Below, one piece after another: positions 39,230 through 47,929 of a stretch of DNA of 64,000 nucleotides (its first letter is position 1; every line of letters begins with the position of its first letter). A program made the position numbers and the translations under genes. The DNA comes from Candidatus Latescibacterota bacterium (GTDB lineage Bacteria > Latescibacterota > UBA2968 > UBA8231). The notes beneath the pieces were generated by a model. The model worked only from the letters and a program-made list of their open reading frames with translations, had not been told where the DNA came from and made no database searches. Where the stretch lies: contig OZ220089.1 of NCBI GenBank assembly GCA_964291625.2, positions 32,001 through 96,000 on the forward strand, written 5' to 3'.

Positions 39230-40732
39230 TCATTCCGCCGCCGGCTCTCCAAACCAGAAGGAGAAGATCTCCGCCTGCCACAGGTGGAAGCGAACCTGCA
39301 CGACGCGGCCCCGAAGCCCTGCCAGCTCCGGGCCGCCCTCCCACGACAGGACCTCGTCGATGCGGTCGGCCATCAGCGGCCGGCTGTCCTGCCGCGAGAA
39401 CCCCTCGATCGGCTCGCCGGTGCCGGGGTCGAGCAGCTCCGCCTGCAGGCGCCCGCGCCAGGCGTCGGCGTTGACGTGGAGCGCCCCCCCGTCGACCTCC
39501 ATCGGCTTCGAGGTGACCGCGCCCCACTCGACGCCGCCCTTGAGGCCGACGAAGCCGTCCATCCGCATCCGCGCCAGGCAGACGGCCGAGGCGTCGAGGG
39601 TCCCGCGGTGGGCCTCGTCGTGGAAGCTGAGGCTGCGGTGGCGCAGGCCCGTGTAGTAGAACCACAGCTCGTCGTTGCGCCGCACCGGGCCGTTGGTCAC
39701 CACCACCTGCCCCGTGTCGTACGCCGACCCGTCCCCCACCGGCGACAGCTCCAGGAAGGGGGCGCGGCCGGCGACCCGCTGCCATTGCCGCAGGTCGCGG
39801 CTGCAGGCCAGCTCCACCGTCTTGCGGCTGTCCACGTTCTCGTATCCGGGCGGGTGCTTGCCGATCCAGTGGTGCATGACGGGCAGCGCCAGGTAGAGCC
39901 CCTCGTAGGGGAAGAGGGGGAAGTTGTACACGTCGGTGCGCCACTCCTCGGGGCGGTTGAAGACCGGCTTCAGGTAGGCGGGGTCTTCGAGGAACCGGCG
40001 CACGCGGCGGAAGCCGTTCTCCTGGTCCTGCTGGTCGGCGTGGAAGATCAGCTCCGGCTCGGTCCAGGTGTCGAAGTCGCGGCTCGTGGACAGGGCGAAG
40101 GAGCGCCCGTACGGACCGCGCTGCTTGGGGGTGGCGATGAACAGCCCCCGCGAGGCGTCGTGGGTGAGGTGGGCCTCGTCGGCGCTGGGCACGGCGGCGC
40201 CCTCGAGGTCGCGCCAGTGGATGCCGTCGGCGGAGACGGAGGCCTGCAGGGAGCGGGCGTCGTTGCGCATGCCCTTGAACCGCCGCTCGGGGTCCGGGTC
40301 GGCGCCGTCGTGGATCGGGCCCTGGAGCATGCCCCGGGCCGTGGGCAGGATGTTGTTGGCGGTGCCCAGGGGCCGGCCGGCCCAGTCGCGGCCCCCGTAC
40401 TCGAACAGGCCCAGGTCCGGCTTCTCCCAGTTGACGCCGTCCTCGGAGAAGGCGCAGCAGGCGAAGCTCTCCCCGCCCGGCGGCGCCCAGGGCGAGCGCA
40501 TCTCCGGCGCGTCGACGTCGGGGGCCTCGGCGGCGCCCAGGTAGATCAGGTGGAAGCGCCGCGCCTCCGGGTCCCAGGCCGGCGTGGTGCGGATCTGGAT
40601 GGCGCAGTTGTCCCAGCGCCGGTCCGGTCGGAGCACGGCGTTGCCGTGGTACTTGGCCGGCTGGTGCAGGACGCGGGCCAGGTTGTCGATGCGGTCGACG
40701 TCGCCGTCGTCGATGAACAGCCGGCGGGTCAC
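39230..40732 (-). CDS. five-bladed beta-propeller glycosidase-like hypothetical protein
   Basis: LFIDD start; Asp-box repeats SEDGVNW, SADGIHW, SRDFDTW, SRDLRQW; RMDGF. Confidence 0.7.
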   Translation of the reverse strand: MTRRLFIDDGDVDRIDNLARVLHQPAKYHGNAVLRPDRRWDNCAIQIRTTPAWDPEARRFHLIYLGAAEAPDVDAPEMRSPWAPPGGESFACCAFSEDGVNWEKPDLGLFEYGGRDWAGRPLGTANNILPTARGMLQGPIHDGADPDPERRFKGMRNDARSLQASVSADGIHWRDLEGAAVPSADEAHLTHDASRGLFIATPKQRGPYGRSFALSTSRDFDTWTEPELIFHADQQDQENGFRRVRRFLEDPAYLKPVFNRPEEWRTDVYNFPLFPYEGLYLALPVMHHWIGKHPPGYENVDSRKTVELACSRDLRQWQRVAGRAPFLELSPVGDGSAYDTGQVVVTNGPVRRNDELWFYYTGLRHRSLSFHDEAHRGTLDASAVCLARMRMDGFVGLKGGVEWGAVTSKPMEVDGGALHVNADAWRGRLQAELLDPGTGEPIEGFSRQDSRPLMADRIDEVLSWEGGPELAGLRGRVVQVRFHLWQAEIFSFWFGEPAAE

Positions 40733-41703
40733 GGCGCCACCGCTTCGGAGACGCCGATCATGCTGTCGCGGGTGACCAGGGGGGCCAGCTCCTCCTCGGA
40801 CAGGCTCTCCGTGCCGGCGGGCCGGCGCGGCAGCACGAGGTAGCGCAGGTCGGCGGTGCTGTCGATGACGCGCACCTGCACGCTCTCGTCGAGGTCGAGG
40901 CCGAACTCGCGCATGACGGCCCGCGGCTCGGCCACCGCCCGCCGCCTGTAGGGGGCGCTCTTGTACCAGTCGGGGGGCGGACCCAGCAGGGCCGTGGGGT
41001 AGCAGGAGCAGAGGGTGCAGACGACGAGGTGGTGGATGCTCCCGGTGTTCTCCACCACCGCCAGCTCGGCGTCGCCGGTGAGGCTCAGGCCCAGCTCGCC
41101 CACGGCCGACCGGGCGTCGGCGAGCAGACGGGTCCTGAACGCCGGATCCACCCAGGCCCGGGCCACCACCCGGGCGCCGTCGGCGATGGCGCGGGACTGG
41201 ACCCGGCGGGCCTGTTCCTCCACCTCCCCGGCCTGGAGCACGCCCTTCTCCACGAGCAACTCGTGCATGGCCAGGGCGCGCCGGGCCCGGGGGCTGAAGT
41301 CTGCGTCGGGCTGCACGCCCTGGTGCTCGTCATGTTCGTGGCTCATGTCGTCTCCTCCTTGCTGTCGGTGATCCACGGCGGGGGGCTCGGATCCCGTGGC
41401 CTTCTCCAGCCACTGCTCGTACAGGTCCATGAGCAGCAGGTCTCCCCAACCCTCCCGGCAGCGGGCGCCCCAGACTTCGGCCTGCCGGAACTCGACGTGG
41501 TAGAGCAGGCGCCGGGGCTCGCCGGTGCCGCCGTGGGCCCGGGTCTCGGGGTCGAGGAAGGGACCGCTCACGGAGCGGACCCTGCCGCGCTTGCCCTTGA
41601 TGAAGGAGGGCGTCCGGTGGTGGTGGTCCACGGCGTCGGTGCGGACGGTGACGGGCTCGCCCACGCGGAAGCGGCCGGGCCGGGCGGAGAGGACTACCCC
41701 CAC
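40729..41703 (-). CDS. SH3-like NHase-beta C-terminal (ScnA-like) domain in frame with Co-type nitrile/thiocyanate hydrolase alpha (ScnC-like; internal ATG 41346)
   Basis: FRVGEPV..HHRTP..KGKRG..LYHVEF..LYEQWLE; then GARVVARAWVDP, VCTLCSCYP, RYLVLPRRP. Confidence 0.85.
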   Translation of the reverse strand: MGVVLSARPGRFRVGEPVTVRTDAVDHHHRTPSFIKGKRGRVRSVSGPFLDPETRAHGGTGEPRRLLYHVEFRQAEVWGARCREGWGDLLLMDLYEQWLEKATGSEPPAVDHRQQGGDDMSHEHDEHQGVQPDADFSPRARRALAMHELLVEKGVLQAGEVEEQARRVQSRAIADGARVVARAWVDPAFRTRLLADARSAVGELGLSLTGDAELAVVENTGSIHHLVVCTLCSCYPTALLGPPPDWYKSAPYRRRAVAEPRAVMREFGLDLDESVQVRVIDSTADLRYLVLPRRPAGTESLSEEELAPLVTRDSMIGVSEAVAP

Positions 41704-41996
41704 CGCCCCTGCACCTCGGCGGACCGGGCGTCGATCTCGGCCGTCGTGAGCAGGCCCTTCTCCACCAGCAGGGTCTCGAGGGAGGCCGACCAGCGTTCGT
41801 AGTAGCCGCAGGCCTCGTAATCATCGGCCGGCATGGCCTCGATCCCGCGGCGCAGCTCGTCGACGTTGATCACGCGGCGATGGCGCAGGACCCCGACCAG
41901 GGCGTTGGTCAGGCGCTCCCAGTCCGCCATCTCGTGCTCGGACCGGTCGATCGGCTCTCGGCTCGGCTGGCCGCCCATGTCGTGTACGCCTGGCAT
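41694..41996 (-). CDS. NHase-beta N-terminal (ScnB-like) subunit
   Basis: VHDMGG, WE, VDELRRGIE, YYERW, LVEKGLL. Confidence 0.85.
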   Translation of the reverse strand: MPGVHDMGGQPSREPIDRSEHEMADWERLTNALVGVLRHRRVINVDELRRGIEAMPADDYEACGYYERWSASLETLLVEKGLLTTAEIDARSAEVQGRWG

Positions 41997-42159
41997 GGAG
42001 TGCGAATAAAGGGGGCGCCCCCGGTGGGTCAACCGGAGTCGGACAGGGACGGAGGCCGCGTCCGGAGCCTGGGCGGGCGGTTTGAGCATGGCGGGCGGGG
42101 CCCCTTTCTTCCGGCGCCCCGCCTTGAGGCGGCGACCATCCGAAACGAAGGAGCACACA

Positions 42160-42948
42160 ATGCCCGATCCATACTCCCTCGAAGGGAAGAAGGCCCTGGT
42201 GACCGGCGGCAAGCGCCGCATCGGCCGGGGGATCGTCCTGGCCCTGGCCGAGGCCGGCTGCGATGTGGGAGTCAACGACCTGGAGCTGGACGCCGACGGC
42301 GAGGAGACCCTGCGCCTCGTCCAGGCCCGCGGCCGGCAGGCGGAGTTCTACGCCGCCGACATCTCCGACAGCGCCCAGGTGGAGGGGATGTTCGCCGCCT
42401 TCCTGGAGCGCTTCGGCCGCATCGACATCCTGGCGAACAACCCCTTCGGGGGCACCGGGCAGACCTTCCTGGAGCTGACCGAGGAGAACTGGGACGCCAA
42501 CCTCGACATCGGCCTGAAGGGGTTCTTCCTGTGCAGCCAGCAGGCGGCGCGGGCGATGGTGAAGCAGGGCGGCGGCGGCTGCATCGTGAGCACCTCCTCC
42601 GTGCACGCGAAGCGCGCCTGGAAGGACGACACCGCCTACGGCACGGCGAAGGCGGGCATCCTTCGCCTCACCCAGAGCATGGCCGTCGACCTCGGCCGGC
42701 ACGGCATCCGCTGCAACGCCATCATGCCCGGGTACATGGACACGGATCACGTGCTCGGCACGCCGCCGCCGGAGACCGGCAGCCTCCGCGAGCAGCTCTT
42801 CGACGCCGTGCCCCTGCGCCGGCCCGGCACCCCGGAGGACATCGGCCGGGCCGCGGCCTTCCTGTGCTCGCCGGCGGCGGGCTGCATCACGGGGGTCTCC
42901 CTCCAGGTCGACGGCGGGCTGCTGGCCGCTTCCCCGGGCGTGCCGTGA
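42160..42948 (+). CDS. SDR oxidoreductase
   Basis: TGGKRRIG, YGTAK, IRCNAIMPG, VDGG. Confidence 0.9.
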   Translation: MPDPYSLEGKKALVTGGKRRIGRGIVLALAEAGCDVGVNDLELDADGEETLRLVQARGRQAEFYAADISDSAQVEGMFAAFLERFGRIDILANNPFGGTGQTFLELTEENWDANLDIGLKGFFLCSQQAARAMVKQGGGGCIVSTSSVHAKRAWKDDTAYGTAKAGILRLTQSMAVDLGRHGIRCNAIMPGYMDTDHVLGTPPPETGSLREQLFDAVPLRRPGTPEDIGRAAAFLCSPAAGCITGVSLQVDGGLLAASPGVP

Positions 42949-44027
42949 TGACCGCGGCGCCGGCGGGAACGAAGTACCGGGTGGGCATCATCGGCTGCGG
43001 CAGCATCTCCCACTACCACATTCGCGGCTGGAACGGGGTGGACCGGGTCGAAGTGGTGGCCCTGGCCGATCCGGTGGCCGAGGCGCGGGAAGAGTTCGGC
43101 GAGCGCTACGGCATCGCCCGGCGCTACGAGGACTTCCGCCGGATGCTCGACGACGAGTCCCTCGACATCGTCTCGATCTGCACCTGGCACAAGCTGCACG
43201 CGCCGATGACGATCGCCGCCTGCGCCCGCAAGCCCAAGGCGGTGCTGTGCGAGAAGCCCATGGCCACCAGTCTGGGCGAATGCGACGACATGCTGACCGC
43301 CGCCCGCCGCAACCGCGTCAAGCTGGCCATCGCTCACCAGCGCCGCTTCAATGCGGCGTGGACCCTGGCCAGGGAACTGGTGGCGGAAGGGGCCATCGGC
43401 GAGGTGCGGCAGGTCAGCGCCCGCGGTGGGCAGGGCCTGCTCAACGACTGCTCGCACCTGCTGGACATGATGCGCTACGTGATGGGCGATCCGCGGGCGG
43501 TGTGGGTCATGGGCAACGTCGAGCGCAAGACCGAGCGCTTCGAGCGCGACATCCCCATCGAGGATCGGAGTCTGTGCGTGGTGCAGTTCGACAACGGCGC
43601 CATCGGGCAGGTCCTGCAGGAGCTGGCCGGTCCCAACTACCAGGGCGGGGTGTTCTACGGCTCGGAGGGCATCCTCGAGCTCGACGAGAGCAAGGTGCGG
43701 CTGCTCAACAGCCGGACCGGAACCTGGGAGGAGCGCCCGTGCGAGGGCGAGGACCCCAGCGTCGGGCAGCAGCGCGAGATCGTGGAGTGGATCGAAGGCG
43801 AGGTCGAGCACCGCGGCCAGGCGGAACACGGCCGCGCGGCGGTGGAGATCATCATGGCCACGTACGAGTCGGCGCGGCGGCACGAGGTGACGGCCCTGCC
43901 GTTGCGGACGATGGCCTCGCCCCTGGAGGTGATGATCGAGGCGGGGGACTTGCCGGTGGAGCGGCCGGGCCGCTACGACATCCGCGCCTTCCTGCTGCGC
44001 GGCGAGGAGATGCAGCCCGAGGGATAG
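42948..44027 (+). CDS. Gfo/Idh/MocA oxidoreductase
   Basis: VGIIGCGSI, VLCEKPMA, HQRRF. Confidence 0.92.
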   Translation: MTAAPAGTKYRVGIIGCGSISHYHIRGWNGVDRVEVVALADPVAEAREEFGERYGIARRYEDFRRMLDDESLDIVSICTWHKLHAPMTIAACARKPKAVLCEKPMATSLGECDDMLTAARRNRVKLAIAHQRRFNAAWTLARELVAEGAIGEVRQVSARGGQGLLNDCSHLLDMMRYVMGDPRAVWVMGNVERKTERFERDIPIEDRSLCVVQFDNGAIGQVLQELAGPNYQGGVFYGSEGILELDESKVRLLNSRTGTWEERPCEGEDPSVGQQREIVEWIEGEVEHRGQAEHGRAAVEIIMATYESARRHEVTALPLRTMASPLEVMIEAGDLPVERPGRYDIRAFLLRGEEMQPEG

Positions 44028-44055
44028 GGGGCCGGTGCCGTGGTCTTCGGATCCT

Positions 44056-44712
44056 CTACTCGATCCTGACCATCCTGCGGACCTGCATCTCACGCCCCTG
44101 GTGCAGCCGCACGACGTAGACGCCGGCGGCGACCGGTCGTCCATCTCCGTCCCGGCCATCCCAGCCGAGCCGGTGCTCACCAGCGGCCAGGGGACCGCTC
44201 CACAGGTGGCGCACTGGCTGCCCCGAGATGTTGTAGACCGTCAGACTCACGGCGACTCCGCCAGCCATGACCGTAACCGGGATGGTCGTGGCCGAGTTGA
44301 ACGGGTTGGGATAGTTGGCCCCGAGGGCGAATGTGGTGGGTGCGGTCGTCCCCTCCGCTATGGTCGTGGCCGCGCCTGAACCACATGTGGAGTACACGTA
44401 CACGCATCCCGGCATACCGGGATGGTGGTAGTAGTGGTCCTGCCGACGATGGTGATAGTGGTCCCGCCAGAACTCGACGGGCAGGTGGTCTTCCCAGTCG
44501 CATGGAAGCGAGGTCATGCGGGAGCCGCTGCTGCCCTCGGCGATCCCGTGGCAGTCATCGGCCCGCGTCCGGTCGGCCATGGAGAACACCACCACCATCG
44601 CAGCCGCTACCCTGCCCGGCGACCGCAGAGCCAACCACCCGGCGCGGCTCCGGGCGGCCGCCGGCGATGCCGGGGGCGTGTTCGATCGTCGTTCGTGGAA
44701 TCCCCGATTCAC
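44056..44712 (-). CDS. His/Tyr/Cys-rich protein with FlgD-Ig C-terminal domain (possibly chimeric)
   Basis: WRDHYHHRRQDHYYHHPG; NYPNPFNSATTI...WDGRDGDGRPVAAGVY. Confidence 0.6.
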   Translation of the reverse strand: MNRGFHERRSNTPPASPAAARSRAGWLALRSPGRVAAAMVVVFSMADRTRADDCHGIAEGSSGSRMTSLPCDWEDHLPVEFWRDHYHHRRQDHYYHHPGMPGCVYVYSTCGSGAATTIAEGTTAPTTFALGANYPNPFNSATTIPVTVMAGGVAVSLTVYNISGQPVRHLWSGPLAAGEHRLGWDGRDGDGRPVAAGVYVVRLHQGREMQVRRMVRIE

Positions 44713-44774
44713 GGCTCCCTCCCGGTGTATGGCACGCCAGCCCCGATCACTGGCGGTGCGCTCGAGGAGCTTGA

Positions 44775-44891
44775 AGCAAGCCCCGTGCCTCGGCCTCCGG
44801 GAGGCCCTCCCGTAGCTTGCCCTGGGGAGATCCGTCTGAGAGGGTGGTGTCGAAGGTGGCCGGATCCGCCACTACCCGGCGGCAGCCGCCG
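44775..44891 (-). promoter_or_regulatory. sigma54 promoter + tandem UAS, copy of the 16169-16285 module
   Basis: AGGCACGGGGCTTGCT (44775-90, minus); TGGCCGGATCCGCCA + CGGCGGCAGCCGCCG (44857-91); same promoter-UAS spacing as 16.2 kb. Confidence 0.7.
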
Positions 44892-44960
44892 GGAGCCGCG
44901 ACGTTCCGCGGGCGGCCTGGCCTGGGAACTGGTCAGACGGTGCGTGCCTTCCGCGGCGGT

Positions 44961-45320
44961 TCAGAACCGCAGGGCGGCGACGGCGAATCCCCTTCCGGGA
45001 TGTGGCGACAGACGGAGGGAGAGGCCGCTGTCTTCAGGGGGACCGCGGAACCACTCGGACACCATCGTGGCCGTGAGGACCGGGCAGGCGAAGAGGGCCG
45101 GCCAGAGTGTGTCTTTGGCAGCTGTCAGATAGACGCCGGCGAGGAGTCCCGCCGCACTGCCTCCCAGGACAGGAATGAACCGGTCATGCGGATCCATCCG
45201 GCTGACGCCGACGGCGGCTCCGACGGTATAGCCCATCGTCCCAAAGAGAAGAGCACCCGCGACTCTTCCCATACCGCAGAAGTCACCCTCGTCTCCCCCC
45301 GGGCAGGTTTCTGTCGAGCC
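44961..45320 (-). pseudogene. 3' fragment of glycine-zipper family gene
   Basis: GYTVGAAVGVSRMDPHDRF...AVAALRF*; 5' end abuts integrase relic. Confidence 0.5.
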
Positions 45321-45324
45321 CAGG

Positions 45325-45682
45325 GCCGAGGCGCTCCTCCGGTGGCGGTCTGCCGCCGGCCTCGAAGGCGATGGCGGCGCCGTGTTCCGGGCGGTGCGCA
45401 AGGGCGGAAAGCGGATCGGGCCCGCTCGACTCCCGGAACATCCGGCGGATCATCGTCACGCGGGCCCGGGCCGCCGGGATCGAGGGCCGGGTCTCCGGCC
45501 ACTCGCTGAGGGTGGGCGGGGCGCAATCGCTGGCCGCCGCCGGCGCCGGCCTCGTGGAGCTGCAGCAGGCGGGCGACTGGCGCTCCCCCGCCATGCCCGC
45601 CCACTACGCCAGGGGCCAGCCCGGGGCCCGGGGCGCCGTCGCCCGGCTCCGCTACGGCGCCCAGGGCGGGCCGGCGACGTGA
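45325..45682 (+). pseudogene. tyrosine recombinase (Cre-like) C-terminal fragment, frameshifted
   Basis: GAVFRAVRKGG in one frame, then SGHSLRVGGAQ...AGDWRSPAMPAHY in another. Confidence 0.8.
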
Positions 45683-47352
45683 CCGACGCCACAGACCAGC
45701 GGCGGCGGCCATGCTGCTACCCTCTTGTCGGCCGGCAGCGGTTCGGGGAGCGTGTAGGGTTCGGCTTGGGAGAAGTCCACTTCGTAGCCCATATCGGCCA
45801 GGGCTGCAACCGTGATCGCCGACAAGCGGGTGAGCGGGCGGCTCCACGCAGTCGGGGTGAAGTTCGGGTGGACCCACGGCAGCACATAGCCGAAGCCGTC
45901 GGGGCCGTAGCGAATCCACAGCGAGGTGCCGGGCTCGTCGTCAGGCGGAGGCTCGTATAGCACGCCGTTGCTACCGTAGAGGATCTCCGATGACATCAGT
46001 TCCCCCCTCGCCCTCGCTGCGGTCTCCTCGCGGCGGTTCGGGTCAATGGGCATCGTGAAGACCCAGCTTCTCCAATGACTACCGTCCGACTCTGTGGGGA
46101 CCTTCTCAGCGTAGGAACTCCCGCCGGCCTCGTCGAACGCTTGGATCGCAAGAGGGCCGGTAAAGCTGTACCCATCGGCGGACCGTAAGGCCTGCCAAGC
46201 CTCGCCGGTCCCGATACCCAAACAATGGCCGATCTCATGCAGGGCGAGGCGGACCAAAGAAGGGTTCGGGAAGCGAAGGCCGCTTTGCTTGAAAACCGTC
46301 CTCGCCAGGTAGGGTGTGCCATTGGGGCGTTCACCGGTGACCCACGCCACTGCACCGACGTCGGGGGGCGCCCATACTGGGGATGATCCCGTGTCGCCAA
46401 CGGAGATCCGGAGATCATCGACGACATCCGTTTCACCTCCTACCCCCACGTCCACGTCGTCCAGATCCCCGGTGATGACTTCTTCCCACCGGTCGGCCGC
46501 CAGCCGGATGAGGGCTTTCTGGCGCTCCGTGAAAACGGCGCGAGAATCAAACACCAGCTCGATATCAAAGCTGCCGGAAGGATCGTCGGAAGGGGGCTCC
46601 CGAACCGTGACCGGATAGGACGCCAGCAGGTTGTCGTCGCCGTCCAGGATCTGTACCGCGCCGTCGCCCGCTTGGCACCCGGCCAGCCAGAACACCCGTC
46701 CGTGATCGCCGGTCTTCGTGTCGTTCGGCTCGCCGGCGCACCAGTCGTCACCGGGGGCGGTCGTTCGCCGGGCGATCTCCAGGACGGGGGAGCCGGTGTC
46801 TTCAGGATTGACGCGGACCCGGACCTCCTCCGTGGAGGCGGCCCCGTCCAGGGCCGTAACGCTCAGGGTGAGCCGTTGCCAGAGGGTGCCGTCGGGCACC
46901 AGGTCCAGCTCGGAAGGGGACGGCGACAGGGCCGCCAGGATGGGGGGCGCGAGCGGCTCCCCGATCTTCCAGGGATTGCCCGATTCGGCCACGTAGAGGA
47001 AGCGCCCCAGGTGCTTCAGGTCGTCCCAATCGTTGTCACCGTCGCGGTCGATGTCGAGCAGGTCGAAATCGTAGTGCTCAACCATGTAGGTCTTGCCCGT
47101 GAGATATTGCCACAAGGGCCACAGATCCCAGAAGGTGACCTCGCCGTTGCCGGTGGCGTCACCCAGGAGGCGGTGACCGCCGGCCGCCTTGCTGGCCGCC
47201 TCGACGGCCGGCGGGCCCCCGGCCGGGGCCGGGATTCCCTGGCGAGCCAGCCACGCCCCCAGGGCTTGGTACTCGTCGGGTGGGCTGGTCGGCTTCGTGC
47301 ACTGGGACAGGGCCACAGCCACAGCGATTAGGGCCGGGAGCCTTCCGTTCAT
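45652..47352 (-). CDS. lipoprotein: dockerin-like EF-hand pair + leishmanolysin-like (M8) Zn metalloprotease
   Basis: LSQC lipobox; GDATGNGEVTFWD and DIDRDGDNDWDD; HEIGHCLG, SHWR, ELM. Confidence 0.75.
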   Translation of the reverse strand: MNGRLPALIAVAVALSQCTKPTSPPDEYQALGAWLARQGIPAPAGGPPAVEAASKAAGGHRLLGDATGNGEVTFWDLWPLWQYLTGKTYMVEHYDFDLLDIDRDGDNDWDDLKHLGRFLYVAESGNPWKIGEPLAPPILAALSPSPSELDLVPDGTLWQRLTLSVTALDGAASTEEVRVRVNPEDTGSPVLEIARRTTAPGDDWCAGEPNDTKTGDHGRVFWLAGCQAGDGAVQILDGDDNLLASYPVTVREPPSDDPSGSFDIELVFDSRAVFTERQKALIRLAADRWEEVITGDLDDVDVGVGGETDVVDDLRISVGDTGSSPVWAPPDVGAVAWVTGERPNGTPYLARTVFKQSGLRFPNPSLVRLALHEIGHCLGIGTGEAWQALRSADGYSFTGPLAIQAFDEAGGSSYAEKVPTESDGSHWRSWVFTMPIDPNRREETAARARGELMSSEILYGSNGVLYEPPPDDEPGTSLWIRYGPDGFGYVLPWVHPNFTPTAWSRPLTRLSAITVAALADMGYEVDFSQAEPYTLPEPLPADKRVAAWPPPLVCGVGHVAGPPWAP

Positions 47353-47526
47353 GCGCCATTGCTCCTTTCGCAAGGATGTCCACGGGCTTGCCCCGGGCGC
47401 CTGGGCGAGCTTGGGCAAAATGATACGTGGGACGCTGCCGGGAGGGTAAATCACCCGGCGGGGCGGCGGATCGGCCTCCGGGTTTGCTTGCACGTCGGGG
47501 GTGGGCGATGCGGCAGGACCTAGTGT

Positions 47527-47886
47527 CCGCCGCGGCCACATCCCACAGCCGGACCTCGCCGTTGCGCCTGCCGCTGGCAAGGATCGAGCCGTCCGGAGAG
47601 AAGGCCAGGGCCTGGACCCAGGTCCCGAGCCCCTCAAGCGTGTCGGTGTGGACGTAGCCCTTCCACGTGTCCAGCCGGGCCCACTCCCCCGAGACAGGAT
47701 GCCGCTCACCCCGCCCGTGGACGACCGTCACCGGGCGCCCGCCTGCATGCGGACATCGATCTCGCCGGCTTCCAGCACCACCTCCGCCGGCGGTGGTCCG
47801 CCCTCTGCGGACGCGGATGCCGCGCACACAAGGAGTGCTACGGCAGGAAGGGGGATCACCCCGCGGGGGGTCCGGATGGAGTTCAT
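47527..47886 (-). pseudogene. chimeric relic: signal-peptide N-terminus (frameshifted) joined to a single WD40 unit
   Basis: MNSIRTPRGVIPLPAVALL...; HTDTLEGLGTWVQALAFSPDGSILASGRRNGEVRLWDVAA nearly identical to a repeat in 50233-52461. Confidence 0.6.
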
Positions 47887-47929
47887 GTCTCGTTCCTTCT
47901 CGCCATATCTCCGAGACGGGGACGGCGCA

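Noticed and set aside
44726-44741. Third possible copy of the iron palindrome (GGCTGGCGTGCCATAC, minus strand)
   Set aside because: Only 13/16 with one arm degraded, and not upstream of a recognisable metal-transport gene; could be chance.
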